From the NCBI RefSeq assembly GCF_009914755.1, contig NC_060928.1: 64,000 nt of DNA, one strand, 5' to 3'. The notes under the pieces are model-generated. The model worked only from the letters and a program-made list of their open reading frames with translations. It searched no databases and had not been told where the DNA came from. Below are positions 24,393 to 37,162 of this stretch, in pieces. The position numbers and the translations under genes were made by a program. Source of the DNA: the human T2T-CHM13v2.0 reference genome, Homo sapiens. The first letter of the stretch is position 1, and each line of letters begins with the position of its first letter.

Positions 24393-27300
24393 ATCTGTAA
24401 ACCTTATAGAAGAAAACAAAGGAGAAAGTCTTTGTAAATTTGGGTTAGAAAAAATGCTTTATATTGCACACAAATTGCACAAGCCATAAAAGGAAAAATT
24501 AACACACTGGACTTGATCACAGTTAAAATACTCTGCTAAATAAAAGGGAAACCACAGAAAGGGAGAAAATATTCACAAAATATGTATCTGATAATAGGCT
24601 GGTATACAGAATATATAAAGAATGTACACAACTCAACAATAATAAAACAAACAACCCAATTTAAAAAAAGAAGCAAAAAAATAGGCAAAAGTTTTGAACA
24701 GGTACTTTAACCAAAGAGGAGATGCAGATCTAAATATGGACATGATAAATGCTCAGTACCATTAATCATTAGGAAAATGCAAATGAAAACTATTACACAC
24801 CTTTCAACTGGCCAAAATATAAACAAAACAAAATCTGACAATATCAAATGCTGACAAGGATGTGGAGCAACAGGAGCTCTCATTCACTGCTAGTGGTGAT
24901 GCAAAATAGTACAGACTCCTTGGAAGATCGTTTCTGATACTGTTAAACATAAACTTCATGCCACCTGGCAGTCCCAACTCCTTGGCATTTATCCAAGAGA
25001 AATGAAAACATATGTTCATACAAAAACCTGAAAGTGAATATTTATAGAGGCTATATTCATGGTCACTAAAACCTGGAAACAACACAAATGTCCATCACCT
25101 GGAGAGTGGATAAAGAAACGATGGTACATCCATACAACAGAATGTTACTCAGCAACAAAAAGGAAAAGGCCACTGATAGTTGCAACAAATGGACGCCTCT
25201 CAAATGCATCATGCCAGTGAAAGAAGCCAGACCCAAAAGACTAAGTATTGCATGTTTCCACTAATAATACATTCTGGAAAAATAAAACTATAGGGACAGA
25301 AAGCAGATCAGGGTTTGCCAGGGGCTGGGGTCAGAAAGAAAATCAACTGAATGGGGCCAAGGACCCTTTTTGAAGAGATGAAAATTTTCTACACATTGAT
25401 GTGTTGGAAGTTCTGTAATTTGATACATTTTTCAAAATTCATTTATCTGTACTCCTAAAAAAGGTGAATACTGTATATAAATTATACTTTCATAAACCTG
25501 ACTTTAAAACATGACTGAGACTATCACTTGGTTAAGGCTAACCAAAAGGGCTTTGGCAATCCTATTGGGAACAATTTCACTGGTAAAGCCTGAAGCGAGA
25601 CTGAGATAATAGCGTACATTTATTCAATGAGGTAGAAAGCAAGGCAGAGAATAGGAAGCGGGTGCTTCTGCTGAGTGCTCCATTAATCAAGTTAAACTGT
25701 TATTTCTTTCCCCCTAGGCTTGTAATTCAAACCAGGGAAAGTTTGGGAGAGAGGGGGAAGGGGGAGAATGGAGTTATGATTCAGAATCTCCAAGGGCATT
25801 TGTGTTTGAAAATTTTATTTATGATATTTAAATTTAGAGAAAAATCCCTATTTGTCAAATAAAAACTAGGGAAAGGAAAGAATGATAACACCTTTGGTAG
25901 ATGAGGATATCCAGAATAAAAACATGACTCACTGGGGCCATGCTCCCTGGGGATTCTTTGGTGTGGCGGGAGTGGCGATAGAGACAAGATTTTTTATAAT
26001 AAAACATGGCAAAGGATAAAACAATTAGATAACTTCTGTCCCCAAAACTTACACTTATCTTGTGTTTAATAACAGATTCAGTGTTGATAGAGTCTGAGAG
26101 TATTCCCATCATAATGTAAGTGTGCTCCAGTGGACTTTTTACCACTTTGTGTTTGAGCCTCAATTAGTAGGAAACAATCTGTTCTAAGATAAGAAATCAA
26201 AATCTAATTTTGTTATTTCTCCCTAGTGAGTGGACACTTTCTTTGGGATTGGAGAAAAGGGACTGAATTGGTTTCCCTTTAAAATGCCTTCAGTATCTTT
26301 TGGATTGGTGCACCAAATTCTCACTCTGCCCAGTGTGGAGGTGACTGCTGAGTGCCGAAATGCCAGGACCAGAAAATCAAGCTGAACACATGCGTCAATG
26401 GTGAACAATTATAGCTCAGAATCCATCCTCGCAGGATCTGGGGTCCCTGTGATTGTATCATCCAGACATACATCCTCCTCTCCTCCCAACTGCAGCAAGT
26501 CCAAGCCAGATCTCGCAGGATGAGTAAGCGACATATGGCATGTGTGAAATTCCACTCCACCCTGTTGCCCTTCCCAGAGCTGCTGTAGACGGCAGCAACG
26601 ATTATAGCAACCTTGACTCCATAAGGAATGTGACAATTTAAACCCTGCAGACTGTTTAGCAATGAGTTATTCCAAGCAGTAAGTTGTACCCTAGAGCCCT
26701 GGAATGAACTGAAGAAGCACTGGGCTCACATCTTAGGAGATCTGTTCATCAGGTAGAAACTGGCTTCATCGGCAAGGATTGAGATTTTTCTGCTATCGTT
26801 TTTGATGGCTAGTCTCATCAAAGAGCAAACAGCATGTCTCAGATTACAGCTATCAGTCCTTTGGCATTCCGCAGGCTTCTCACATTCATGCCGAGTCGCA
26901 GGGCTGACCTGGCCTGAATTGTGGGATCTGAACTCTCCCAGAAATTTAAGAACCCCCAAATTTGTCCCCAGGTCATGGTTTGGGATTGGGGCCACCCAGA
27001 AAATTCGACAGACTCAGAGACTCCTTGAGAATGATGCTTTAAGCTGCAGTCTCAGATACCCCGAAATTATATGAGTACAGTGGAATGGAGGCAGAGAAGG
27101 GGATGCGCGGTGATGACTTTTTCATAAAGGCCCTAGGATCCAGGTCAAGTCTGTAGTCGTCCCCATGATGATTCTGGGCTTCAAGGGTATTCTGGGGAAA
27201 GCCAACCTGCAGGGATTCCTGAGTGCCTTTAACCACAGAACCCCTAATATCATGGAATAAAAGAGAAGTAAAAGTTATTGGACAAGGAATGGTAACTTTT

Positions 27301-27558
27301 AGTTCATGAAATCCTTTGTGACACACCATCTCAACTTTTGCTTTGGCAAATTTTTTTTCCATGTCAACAACTGCTGTGACTGATTTTGAAACCAGGAAAT
27401 CAACTTGAATGCAAATAAAAATTCAAATGGATGCAAATTTATGAAAGGTAAACTTTTAAAAAAGTCTTAGAAAAACTGTCACACAAATGAAGATTCTAGT
27501 ATTCTAGTGGTTCAGAATTAAGTCCAGGTTTTAAATGTTCTTTATAAGGATATCTCTT

Positions 27559-27697
27559 TTTTTTTTTTTTTTTTTTTTTAAGAGGCAGGGTCTCCATACA
27601 TTGCTCAGGCTAGACTCAAACTCTTGGGCTCAATGGATCCCCCTACCTCAGCCTCCCAAGTAGCTGGGACTACAGGCAGCCACCACCATACCTGTCT
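27559..27697 (-). mobile_element. FLAM (free left Alu monomer)
   Basis: Single antisense monomer with poly-T; TSD aggatatctctt/aggacatttctt. Confidence 0.85.
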
Positions 27698-29620
27698 AGG
27701 ACATTTCTTGACATAGTTTGAGCCTTTTATCTGACGGTTAAGTCTGCTGGGTTCAGTACTGTTTCATTTCTATAGATAATATATCCTAAACATTTTCAAG
27801 TTACTTGAGATTATTAGATGCAGTGAGATGAACCAAACTAAAATATCTCTTGTAGCCCTTTCACTAGCTGTGGCTTATTTATATTAAAGAAGCACACAGT
27901 AGTGACACATCTGTGACACAGGGACTTGACAGCTGCTAGGTGGTACGAAAAGGTTGGTTGTTTTGTTTATTTTGGACAATGCCCATCAATCACGAGAATG
28001 ATGTTAGAACCACCTCTTATATAGCTGGCCCTTACTGAAACAAGCACTGTTGTTCCAGGACCCTGTCAGATTAGGGCTCCATCAGACTGAAAGAGTAGCT
28101 TTTTCCTGCTCAGGGTCTAATAAAGCTCCTGGCATCTTGGCACACCCTTGTTGACCCTGTTGCCATTCTAGAGAGCAGACACTACCCAGTGGAGCCACCA
28201 GAGCTTCCCCAAACCCACTGCGAATTCCGACTTGAGACACTGCAAGGCTCAGCCCATTGTATTTTGAAGTAGGATTTTCCTTAATGAAAAAAGTCTTTTT
28301 CATTATTTCTGTCCAATCGACAGATAAAGAATTTATGAATTCCAAGTCACAAACTGGGTTAGATTGTCGCCTGCCACTCTTCCTCTCCCTGCCATTTTTT
28401 TTTTTTTGAGATTCTGAGAATTTTCCCATTATAAAATAAGTCCACTCCAGTGCAGATAATTCCTCACTCACATGCTCTGAAATTCTTGCTTCTGCCTAAA
28501 CCCTGTCCTGTCTCTGTGATTACTCTTTTAGACATAATCTTTGTGGCTTCACCCCTTGTTGCAGAATAAGACAGTAGCCCAGCAGGCCACACTCTCACAG
28601 GGGCAGGCCTGGGACTTTGCCTATAAAATAGAAAATCAGCTGCCCATTTTTTCAATTCCAATGAATGTGTAACTATCAAAGAGCTTATTCCATCTGGTCC
28701 TGTTCACAGAAGACTGAGAGACGACAGACAGGAATGTTGATGGCCAAACCACTTAATTTCTATTGAGTCTAAAAAAGAAATGAAGAACAGTTCTAGGCTG
28801 CCAGAAAACAGAAGATAAGCATATGGTTGTTAAAATTACAAGAACAACTGGGGCAGAGGAGACAAGCTGCTTGCAATGGCGTAAGGATTTCTACGTTGCG
28901 TTTTGATCCACACCCACCCTGGCAATGACTGCTATTGCATAAGCCTTCAATTCTTCAGGCCTGTGCAGATACTGATTTAGAATTGGTCTCTGGCTTGTTA
29001 TGAAACGAAGCTCTTTCATGGCACAAATGTGGAGCAGAGGCGAACCTGGTTTGAAGATGCCTATGAGACCTATATTCTCATCCTGCCCCTCGGGCATGAG
29101 TCACCACTTCCCCCTAAAATATGGAAAAATGCTAAAGTGACTTTCATGTGGGATGTACAATTGGTAATGACTGAGTTGGGAAAAACACACAACTCCCTGA
29201 ACTATCCACATGCCATGAGTTCTCAAGGCAGTCTTGCTGAGATATTATAGGAAGTCTAACATTCTGCTGACTTGTCCCATATGTCGAGAGTCTAACAACT
29301 TTACAAACAAGTTGTTAGAGGGAAAGAGGACAGTGTCTTCATGGTTGTCAGAGAGACCCAAGCAAATGACAGCATGTAGCTCCTTGGTATCCTGGCATCA
29401 CTGGCCTTGGAAAATTTTGCTGCAATGATAGCTCTGTTCTCCTACATCAAAATAGGGACTTAATGAATTTGATTTGTGAGTGCTATTAAAAACCCATCTT
29501 CTCTTCTTTGAACAAGTAAGCCTGGTCAACTGCCTGTGCTGAAAACCACTGAAGTGTGTATATCATATGTTTTACAAGACTCTAGTTCTATTGAGTCGGG
29601 TTGAAATATGCTTAAGAGCA

Positions 29621-30079
29621 TGTGATGGTTAATTTTAATGCATCAACTTGACTGGGCTATGAGATGCCCAGATAGCTGGTGAAACGTGATTTCTGAGTGT
29701 GTCTGTGAGGGTGTTTCTGGAAGAGATGAGCATTTGAATTGATAGACTTGAATAAAAAAGATCCACCTTACCCAGGGTGTGTGGGCATCATCTCATCTGT
29801 TGAGGGCCTGAATAGAATGAAAAGGCACACGAGGGTAAATTCACTCCCTCTCAGGTTGAATTGGGACACCTATCTATCTCCCGCCCTCAGATGTTGGTGC
29901 TTCTGGTTCTTGGGCTCTCAGACTCAGACTGAGACACCAACGGCTTTCCTGGTTCTCCAGCTTGCAGACAGCAGATCGTGGGATTTCCTGGCTGCCATAA
30001 TCACATGAAGCAATTTCTATAATAAATCTCCATATTTATGTATAAAACATATATTCTCTGGGGACCCTCGGCTGATACC
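29621..30079 (+). mobile_element. MLT2B/D-like ERVL solo LTR
   Basis: tgtgatggttaatttta..tcaacttgactgggct...ccagcttgcagacagcagatcgtggga...ctgatac. Confidence 0.85.
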
Positions 30080-30456
30080 AGGTGCACTTGTTAAAAATCA
30101 TTTAGAGTGGAGAAGATGAGTAGCTTATCTTTCATATTTTGCCTCTGACATGGCTATTGTTAAACTCGGAAAACCTGTATCTTCCCAGACATGAAGAAAT
30201 TCACCTTCAACTACCACAAAGACCATGATTTGGTGTTTACAAGTTTATTTAGAAACAGGTATTTTTTAAAGTGGTTCCATATTCTTTTACGTTCCTTTAA
30301 GGAAATATAATAATATGATTATAAAGGAAAGGTGGATTGACTCACGGTCATCTCTATGAGACAGGAATAAGCAAGGGGTTGCACTTACAAGCTGTCCTTT
30401 TGGGATTTTTTTAAAATCATATTCACATATATATATATTACATCGTGTAAAAGACT

Positions 30457-30894
30457 TGTGATGGTTAATACTGAGTGCCAACTTGATTGGCTTGAAGAAT
30501 GCAAAGTGTTAATCCTGGGTGTGTCTGTGAGGGTGTTGCCAAAGGAGATTAACATTTGAGTCAGTGGGCTGGGAAGGCAGACCCACCCTTAATCTGGGTG
30601 GGCACCATCTAATCAGCTGCCAGCACGGCCAGAATAAAAAGCAGGCAGAGGAATGTGAAAAGACTAGACTGGCTTAGCCTCCCAGCCTTCATCTTTCTCC
30701 CATGCTAGATGCTTCCTGCCCTCGAACATCAGACTCCAAGTCCTTCAGTTTTGAGACTCAGACTGGCTCTCCTTACCCCTCAAGCTTACAGACAGCCTAT
30801 TGTGGGGCCTTGTGACTGTGTAAATTAATACTTAATAAACTCCCATATATGTATCCTATTAGTTCTGTCCCTCTACAGAACCCTGACTAATATA
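30457..30894 (+). mobile_element. MLT2A1 (HERV-L) solo LTR
   Basis: tgtgatggttaatactgagtg...gttgccaaaggagattaacatttgagtcagtgggctgggaaggcagaccc...gaaccctgactaata; perfect TSD agact. Confidence 0.92.
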
Positions 30895-33399
30895 AGACTG
30901 TAGAGAAAAACTTCATGTATGTAACAGGGACCCTTGCATAACATAGAGCTTAGCTTATACCAGAAGATAATTGTTTGATGAATGAACAAATCCTTTCAGG
31001 GTACAATAATTCAAAGCTTTTAATACGTTTAGCATAGCAACAAAAATCCATGGAGTCAACACAGCTACAGGCAGCCGATCCCTGTAAACATCCCCAGGGC
31101 ACTCTCTAAAACTGTAAATTCGGCTCCTATTTTTTACATTCTAACACACCCTCTGTTAAGGCCACTAAGTCACTCATCTCTCAGGCAGGATGAAACAGAA
31201 AATAGCTTAAGGACTAGCGCTTTCAGCCCATTGCTGTAGGTTCACCAACCTCAATGCTACCTCTTATTCTAGACTGGTATCTGCAGAGTGAGATACTATT
31301 CTCTCTAGTCCCAGATCATATGCTTCTTCCATAGGTATAGGTAAGGTCACCAACCAAAAAATGGAGTCCATACTCTGACAAATACAATCATATTCATGGG
31401 AACATTTTAATTTGAGTCTATCCTAGAAAACTCAGGTCATTTGGTTGTTTTGTAGTGTTATGTTCCACGGTTTTGATATGGCTGTAGCTTTCTAGAGATT
31501 TCCTTGAATGATAGGAAAAATTTTAAAGAGAAAAACTGATTTCCACATTCGAGTTGCACTTCAGATGGAATTTGTGGGCTGCCAAATTCTAGCCTCTGCG
31601 GTAGGTTATTCTGCTCACAGCTCTTTCTAATATTCAGTAGAGCGGGCTTCTCAAGTCCACCCACGACCCCAAGAGTAGAGGCATGTGGACTGAAACCATG
31701 GTGTCTGGGAAGAGTTGGCACACAATGTTTTTGTGGTTTCTCTTTTTGTTTACTTGAATTAACATAAAAACAGTGCTTTAAATCATTTACCACCACGCAA
31801 ATCACCACTTGAGGATGCTGGGTCTCTGTTTGACCCCTTGGTCCTGGTGTTCACTCTCCCTTTGTGCCTGCCACCCTGCAGGGGTCCTGAGGAAATCATG
31901 AAGGTCACTACACTTTAAATATAAGTGATGGGAGTGGGTTAGTGGAAATAAACTCCCACAAATATACAGGAGATGAGTATGTGTATGTACAGCATGTAAA
32001 ATACCTTCTCCCTGCACATGTCTAGTGGTGACCCTGAGCTGGCTTCTCAGTGCCATCCTTAACTTGAAGAAAAAGGGGAAGGAAATGATAATATATGCTT
32101 GGAGTTTCAGATAAATAATAGCGACCATCACAACCATCTGGGGAGTGAGGTATGATGAGGCTTATTTTATGGATGAAACATCAAAGCTAAAAGAAATAAA
32201 ACCACTTCTACAATGTTTTATAGGACAAAGTATGTATCCTTTTCCAAATACATATATATATAAGCAGGAAGTATGCTATCTTTGAGGTATTCTTTAAGGC
32301 ATGATCTCGGCTTCTTCTAGTTCGTTCATATACAGAATTTCTACGACACCCCAAATGCACCCCAAGAAATGTACTTGGGATAGCTATTCACACGGGGGCC
32401 AATTAGGGCAGCTGGATAATGCTTTCTTTCTTGTGAGTATAAAAAGGAGAACATGAGAGGGATACACCAATGAGGTACACCTTCTGCCCAGTTTTGGGGA
32501 GAAATATGCAAACTTATTTTTAATGTGAGCTATAAGTGCAAACTTTGTTTCTCTATATTGTATTTGTAAAAGTTCTCAAACATTCTCCCAGATATGTGTA
32601 TATGGTATTATAAAAGAAATGCATAAAATATTATGCCTCAGACTTGGAGTAGAAACATGGCGAGTGTTCCAAAATAATTTTTTTAAATGGAGCTGATTGT
32701 CTAAGAACCTGGAATGAGTTTTGAGGAAGAAACAGAGGGAAAATCATTTTTGTATTTACTAAAATGAAGGCAAAACTATGAAGTCTTTGTGTCTGGGACT
32801 TTTGGTAAAGCTTTCAGTGAACACCAAATGGATGAAGGAAATAAAGATGTGTTATTCACATGTTACTCTGGTTACTTATAGGAGTCAGAGTTTAAGAATA
32901 GTCTCTGAAATGAAATACTCCATACGTGAATCATCCATTACAGTCTTCAAACAGGTTCTATACTAAAGAGTGTGACAAGCGTTTCTTTAAAGAATGAACA
33001 ATCAGGTGTCATGGAAGTACAGAGGGGAGTGGTTGAGGAAGTCAGCCCAGAGGAAGCAGCACCTGAGCTGAGCTCTGGAGGTGGTGAGTGATGGGTCAGC
33101 AAGGGGGTGGCGGAGTGGACATTCTAGGCAGGGACAAATTCACAGGAAATATGAAAAAGACTAACAGTAATAATTGTTCATTTTTAAGCTTGGCTACGAA
33201 ATGCAGTGGTCCCATTTGAACTAAAATCTAACTCTAAGAGGTCACTGAAGTAGAAAAATGGAACTTCTTCACCACATCTTCTTCTTGAGGGGAAGTAAGC
33301 CTGTCCTCGTATCATTAGACTGGCCCAGTGACATGCTCCTGGCTACAGCTCACTGTCTCAGGGAACGGCAGATGTCTGAAGCCAGGCAAGGAACACAGT

Positions 33400-33560
33400 T
33401 GGTGTAATTCACATATGGGATATTCTTAGCATTGAATACTGTTTTCTTTCAGTCGCTTAGGGTATAGTATGGTTCTTTGTCAAAAGATGACAAAGCGCTG
33501 CCTTGGTTATTCAGTTTGTGAAATGAATCACAATGCTTTAATAGAATGAAATCTGTCTAC
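33400..33560 (+). repeat. ~160-bp diverged direct duplication, copy 1
   Basis: Core 33477-33531 is 47/55 identical to 34799-34853; weaker similarity on both flanks. Confidence 0.8.
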
Positions 33561-33589
33561 TGTGAATCTGCATTTGAAGTTAAGAGATT

Positions 33590-33700
33590 CTACTCTCAAA
33601 GTGTTTCTCTTAATGGGAAAGATGCCCAACTAGCAATTCTTGTGGAGGCTACAGAAATCCCCACAAGAAAGAGGAATGAAGAAGCTGCACAAAGAGAAAT

Positions 33701-33739
<39 letters not shown>

Positions 33740-33880
33740 TTAGTTAGTTTACTGAGAGAGAACGTGCTAGTCCCTGATTCCAAATGCATCCTTGCCCTTG
33801 AGTGCTGTGAAACTCTCCTGTAACATTAAAATGCTTTCCACTAGAATTAGTGGGTTTCTAAGACTTAAAATAAGAGCATT
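33590..33880 (+). mobile_element. Old MLT1 (K/L-like) LTR remnant containing (AG)16 at 33706-33737
   Basis: gaggaatgaagaagctgcacaaagaga...ccttgcccttg..tgtgaaactctcctgta...tagtgggtttct. Confidence 0.4.
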
Positions 33881-34717
33881 TTATATACACACATTTATAT
33901 GAAGACATCATAAAGACAATAATCTCGTTATATATTTATATACACACTTAAATGACATAATAATAAAGACCAGTCTAATGGTTTATTTGCCTCTGTAGAA
34001 ACCATCAGAGACTATTAGTTTCTCCAAGCATTAATTGCTTTGTCTGGTCCAGGGCATAGTTTTTCCTTGAAATACAGTCTTACATTCTCCTCAGGATTTT
34101 AGGAGCTATTGCTGTTTTCAGGTTAGTAAGTGAGGCCTTCCCCTCTGAAGGCGTCAGGTTTATGAAGAGTTCATTTGAAGCTGTGCATAGGGTAAATTTA
34201 CCTTCAACTACACAACTCAGGTGTGAGACATAGATAAAGCTTCTGCTCCAGTACATACGTGGACACACACATTCATCTATTTTGGGGCTCCACTTAATGT
34301 ATCAATGTTTATGAGTGTACCTCAGAACAGCACATAGCAGACATAGCAAACATAAGCACTTTACACCGAGAACACTAGATTTTATTAACCACTTGAAATC
34401 CCTGGAGGGAAATGTCATTTCATTAGGAGGCTCCTTGGCTGCTAATCAAGGGCTTTTCATTTCCTTAAGTACATTGATCTGGTAACAAATTTTCTTCTCT
34501 GAAAAACCATTCGGGAAAGCATTTTCTAAAAGCACAGTAAGAAAGGTCTATTTATCTTTGGTAAATACAAACACTGAAGAATCACCAGGAATTAAGACAG
34601 AATAGAAACCATGTGTCTGTACCCTCATAAGATACTGGGACTCCCACCAAATCCATCATATAACTTATTACGCACCAAAGTCTTCCTTCACCACCACACA
34701 TCCTATCTAAGATGTTT

Positions 34718-34880
34718 GCTGTTGTCATTTACATCTGGGACCCTAGTTAGCATGAAGATGCCATGTTCTTTTAGTTACTTGAAGTAAACTATGGTAAGTT
34801 GTCAAAAGATGACAAGGCACTGCCTTGGCTGTTAGGTTTATGGAATGAATCACTGTGTTTAATAAAATTAAATGTGCCTT
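34718..34880 (+). repeat. ~160-bp diverged direct duplication, copy 2
   Basis: ttgtcaaaagatgacaaggcactgccttggctgttaggtttatggaatgaatcac. Confidence 0.8.
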
Positions 34881-35114
34881 TGGGATTCTCAGCACATAGC
34901 ACAATAAATGTTAAGTCAGGTATAAACTGACATTTTGGATTACAACACTGTTGTATTTTCCACTCAAATTTAGCTGTTTCTGAAAATGTATATGATTCAA
35001 ACAAACACAGGAGTTCAAATCAGTGCATTTCTCACATTCCGTTCTGTTATTCATTTAGTCCAATGTTCAATTTAAAGCATGCATCTTAACTAGGATGTTC
35101 CTAGTTTACAGTAA

Positions 35115-35355
35115 GCAGTGTCATGCAGTAGAAAGATCATGGGTTTCATGATCAGGCCAGATTCTAATTTCATTCTTCCCACACAGCTCTATGTGACCAG
35201 GGCGAGTTTCTTAACTCATTGAGTTTTTGCTTCCTTTTAGGTAAAACCCCAAGAATACCATCTGACTGCCATCCAAAATTATAGCAAATAATAAATAAGA
35301 TTAAGAATTAATATGCCTACACCTCTGCCTGGCATGTAAGAGACACACAATAGAA
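35115..35355 (+). mobile_element. MIR SINE
   Basis: gcagtagaaagatcatggg...tgtgaccagggcgagtttcttaac...tgcctggcatgtaag. Confidence 0.7.
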
Positions 35356-35618
35356 GTCACTTCTTCCCTGAAACTCCCACATTTATGACCCCACTATCTT
35401 GCCTACAGCTAAATCCTTTGTGAGCTTTATAAATCTCTAGATTTTTGATAGCATTAAAGCATCTCCAGTAACTTTTCTTAAAAAAGGATCATAAGTTAAA
35501 ATATTCTATTTTCCTTTACTATGGCTATGGTTTGAAATATGCCCCAAATTTAATGTGGTGGAAATTTAACCCCCAAATTCATATGTTGATGGCATTTGGA
35601 GATGGGGCCTTTGGGAAG

Positions 35619-35987
35619 TATATTAGTTCATTCTCAGGTTGCTATAAGGAAATACTCAAGACTAGGTAATTTATAAAGGAAAGAGGTTTAAATTGACTTA
35701 CAGTTCTGCCTGGCTGGGGAGGCCTCAGGAAACATAGAATCATCATAGAAGATGAAGGAGAAGCAAGGCACATCTCACAAGGTGGCAGGAGAGAGCGTGT
35801 AAGAGAAAGCGAGGGAGTACCACACTGAAATCATCAGCTCTCATGAGAACTCCCTCACTATCATGAGAAAAGCTTGGGGGAAACTGCCCCATGATCTAAT
35901 CACCTCCCACCAAGTCCCTTCCTCAACACATAGGGATTATAATTCAAGATGAGATTTGGGTTTTGGACACAGAGCCAGACCATAACA
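35619..35987 (-). mobile_element. THE1C/D-like MaLR solo LTR
   Basis: tatattagttcattctc...ggctggggaggcctcaggaaac...cacagagccagaccataaca; perfect TSD ggaag. Confidence 0.9.
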
Positions 35988-36049
35988 GGAAGTAACTAGG
36001 ATTATATAAGGTCGTTAGTATGGGGCTCCCATGATGATGGACTGGTGGC

Positions 36050-37162
36050 TGTTGCAGGAAGTCAGGGACCCTGAATGGAGAGACCTGCTGAACCCGCAGC
36101 AGAAGAACATAAATTGTCAAGATTTAATGGACATTGTTCCCAAAATGAATACTTTTATAATTTCTTATGCCTGTCTTTACTGCAGTATCTGAACATAAAT
36201 TGTGAAGATTTCATGGACACTTATCACTTCCCCAATCAATACTCTTATAATTTCTTATGCCTGTCTTTACTTTAATCTCTTAATCCCATCATCTTCGTAA
36301 GCTGAGGATGTATGTCACCTCAGGACCCTGTGATGATTGTGTTAACTGTACAAATTGTTTGTAAAACATGTGTGTTTGAACAATATGAAATCTGATTGTA
36401 AAACATGGGTGTTTGAACAATATGAAATCAGTGCACCCTGAAAAAGAACAGAATAACAGTGATTTTCAGGGAACAAGGAAAGATAACCATAAGGTCTGAC
36501 TGCCTGTGGGGTTGGACAGAATAGAGCCATATTTTCCTTCTTGCAGAAAGCAAGTAGGAGAAATATCACTGAATTCTTTTCCCAGCAAGGAATAACCATG
36601 GGGAAGGAATGCATTCCTGTGGGGAGGTCTATGAATGGCCGCTCTGGGAGTGTCTGTCTTATACGGTTGAGATAAGGGATGAAATACGCCCTGGTCTCCT
36701 GCAGTGCCCTCAGGCCTACTAGGATTGGGAAATTCCAGCCTGGTGAATTCTAGTCAGACCAGTTGTCTGCTCTCAAACCCTGTTTCCTGTTAAGATGTTT
36801 ATCAAGACAGTGCATGCCCAGCAGGACATGGACCCTCATCAGTAATTCTAATTTTGCCCTTGCCTTGTGATCTTGCTCTGCCTTTGCCTTGTGATCTTTT
36901 ATTGCCCTTTGAAGTATGTGATCTCTGTGACCTACTCCCTGTTCATACATCCCCTCCCTTTTCAAAATCCCTAATAAAAACTCGCTGGTTTTGCAGCTCG
37001 AGGTCTCCATCACGGTCCTATCAATATGCGATGGCACCCCTGGAGGCCCAGCTGTAAAATTTCTCTCTTTGTACTCTTTCTCTCTATTTCTCAGACCGGC
37101 TGACACTTAGGGAAAATAGAAAAGAACCTACGTTGAAATATTGGGGGCTGGTTCCCCCAATA
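36050..37162 (+). mobile_element. MER11 (HERV-K11/HML-8) solo LTR
   Basis: tgttgcaggaagtcagggaccc...aacataaattgtgaagatttcatggac repeats...aataaa...ggggctggttcccccaata; 6-bp TSD ggtggc/gttggc. Confidence 0.93.

Noticed and set aside
29621-30894. Two same-orientation MLT2 LTRs as a collapsed provirus
   Set aside because: They are different subfamilies, MLT2A1 has its own perfect TSD, and the spacer has no ERVL internal sequence.
36100-36430. Repeated 30-70 bp units suggesting an array or CRISPR-like locus
   Set aside because: These are intrinsic MER11 LTR internal repeats in a eukaryotic context, with no spacers or cas genes.
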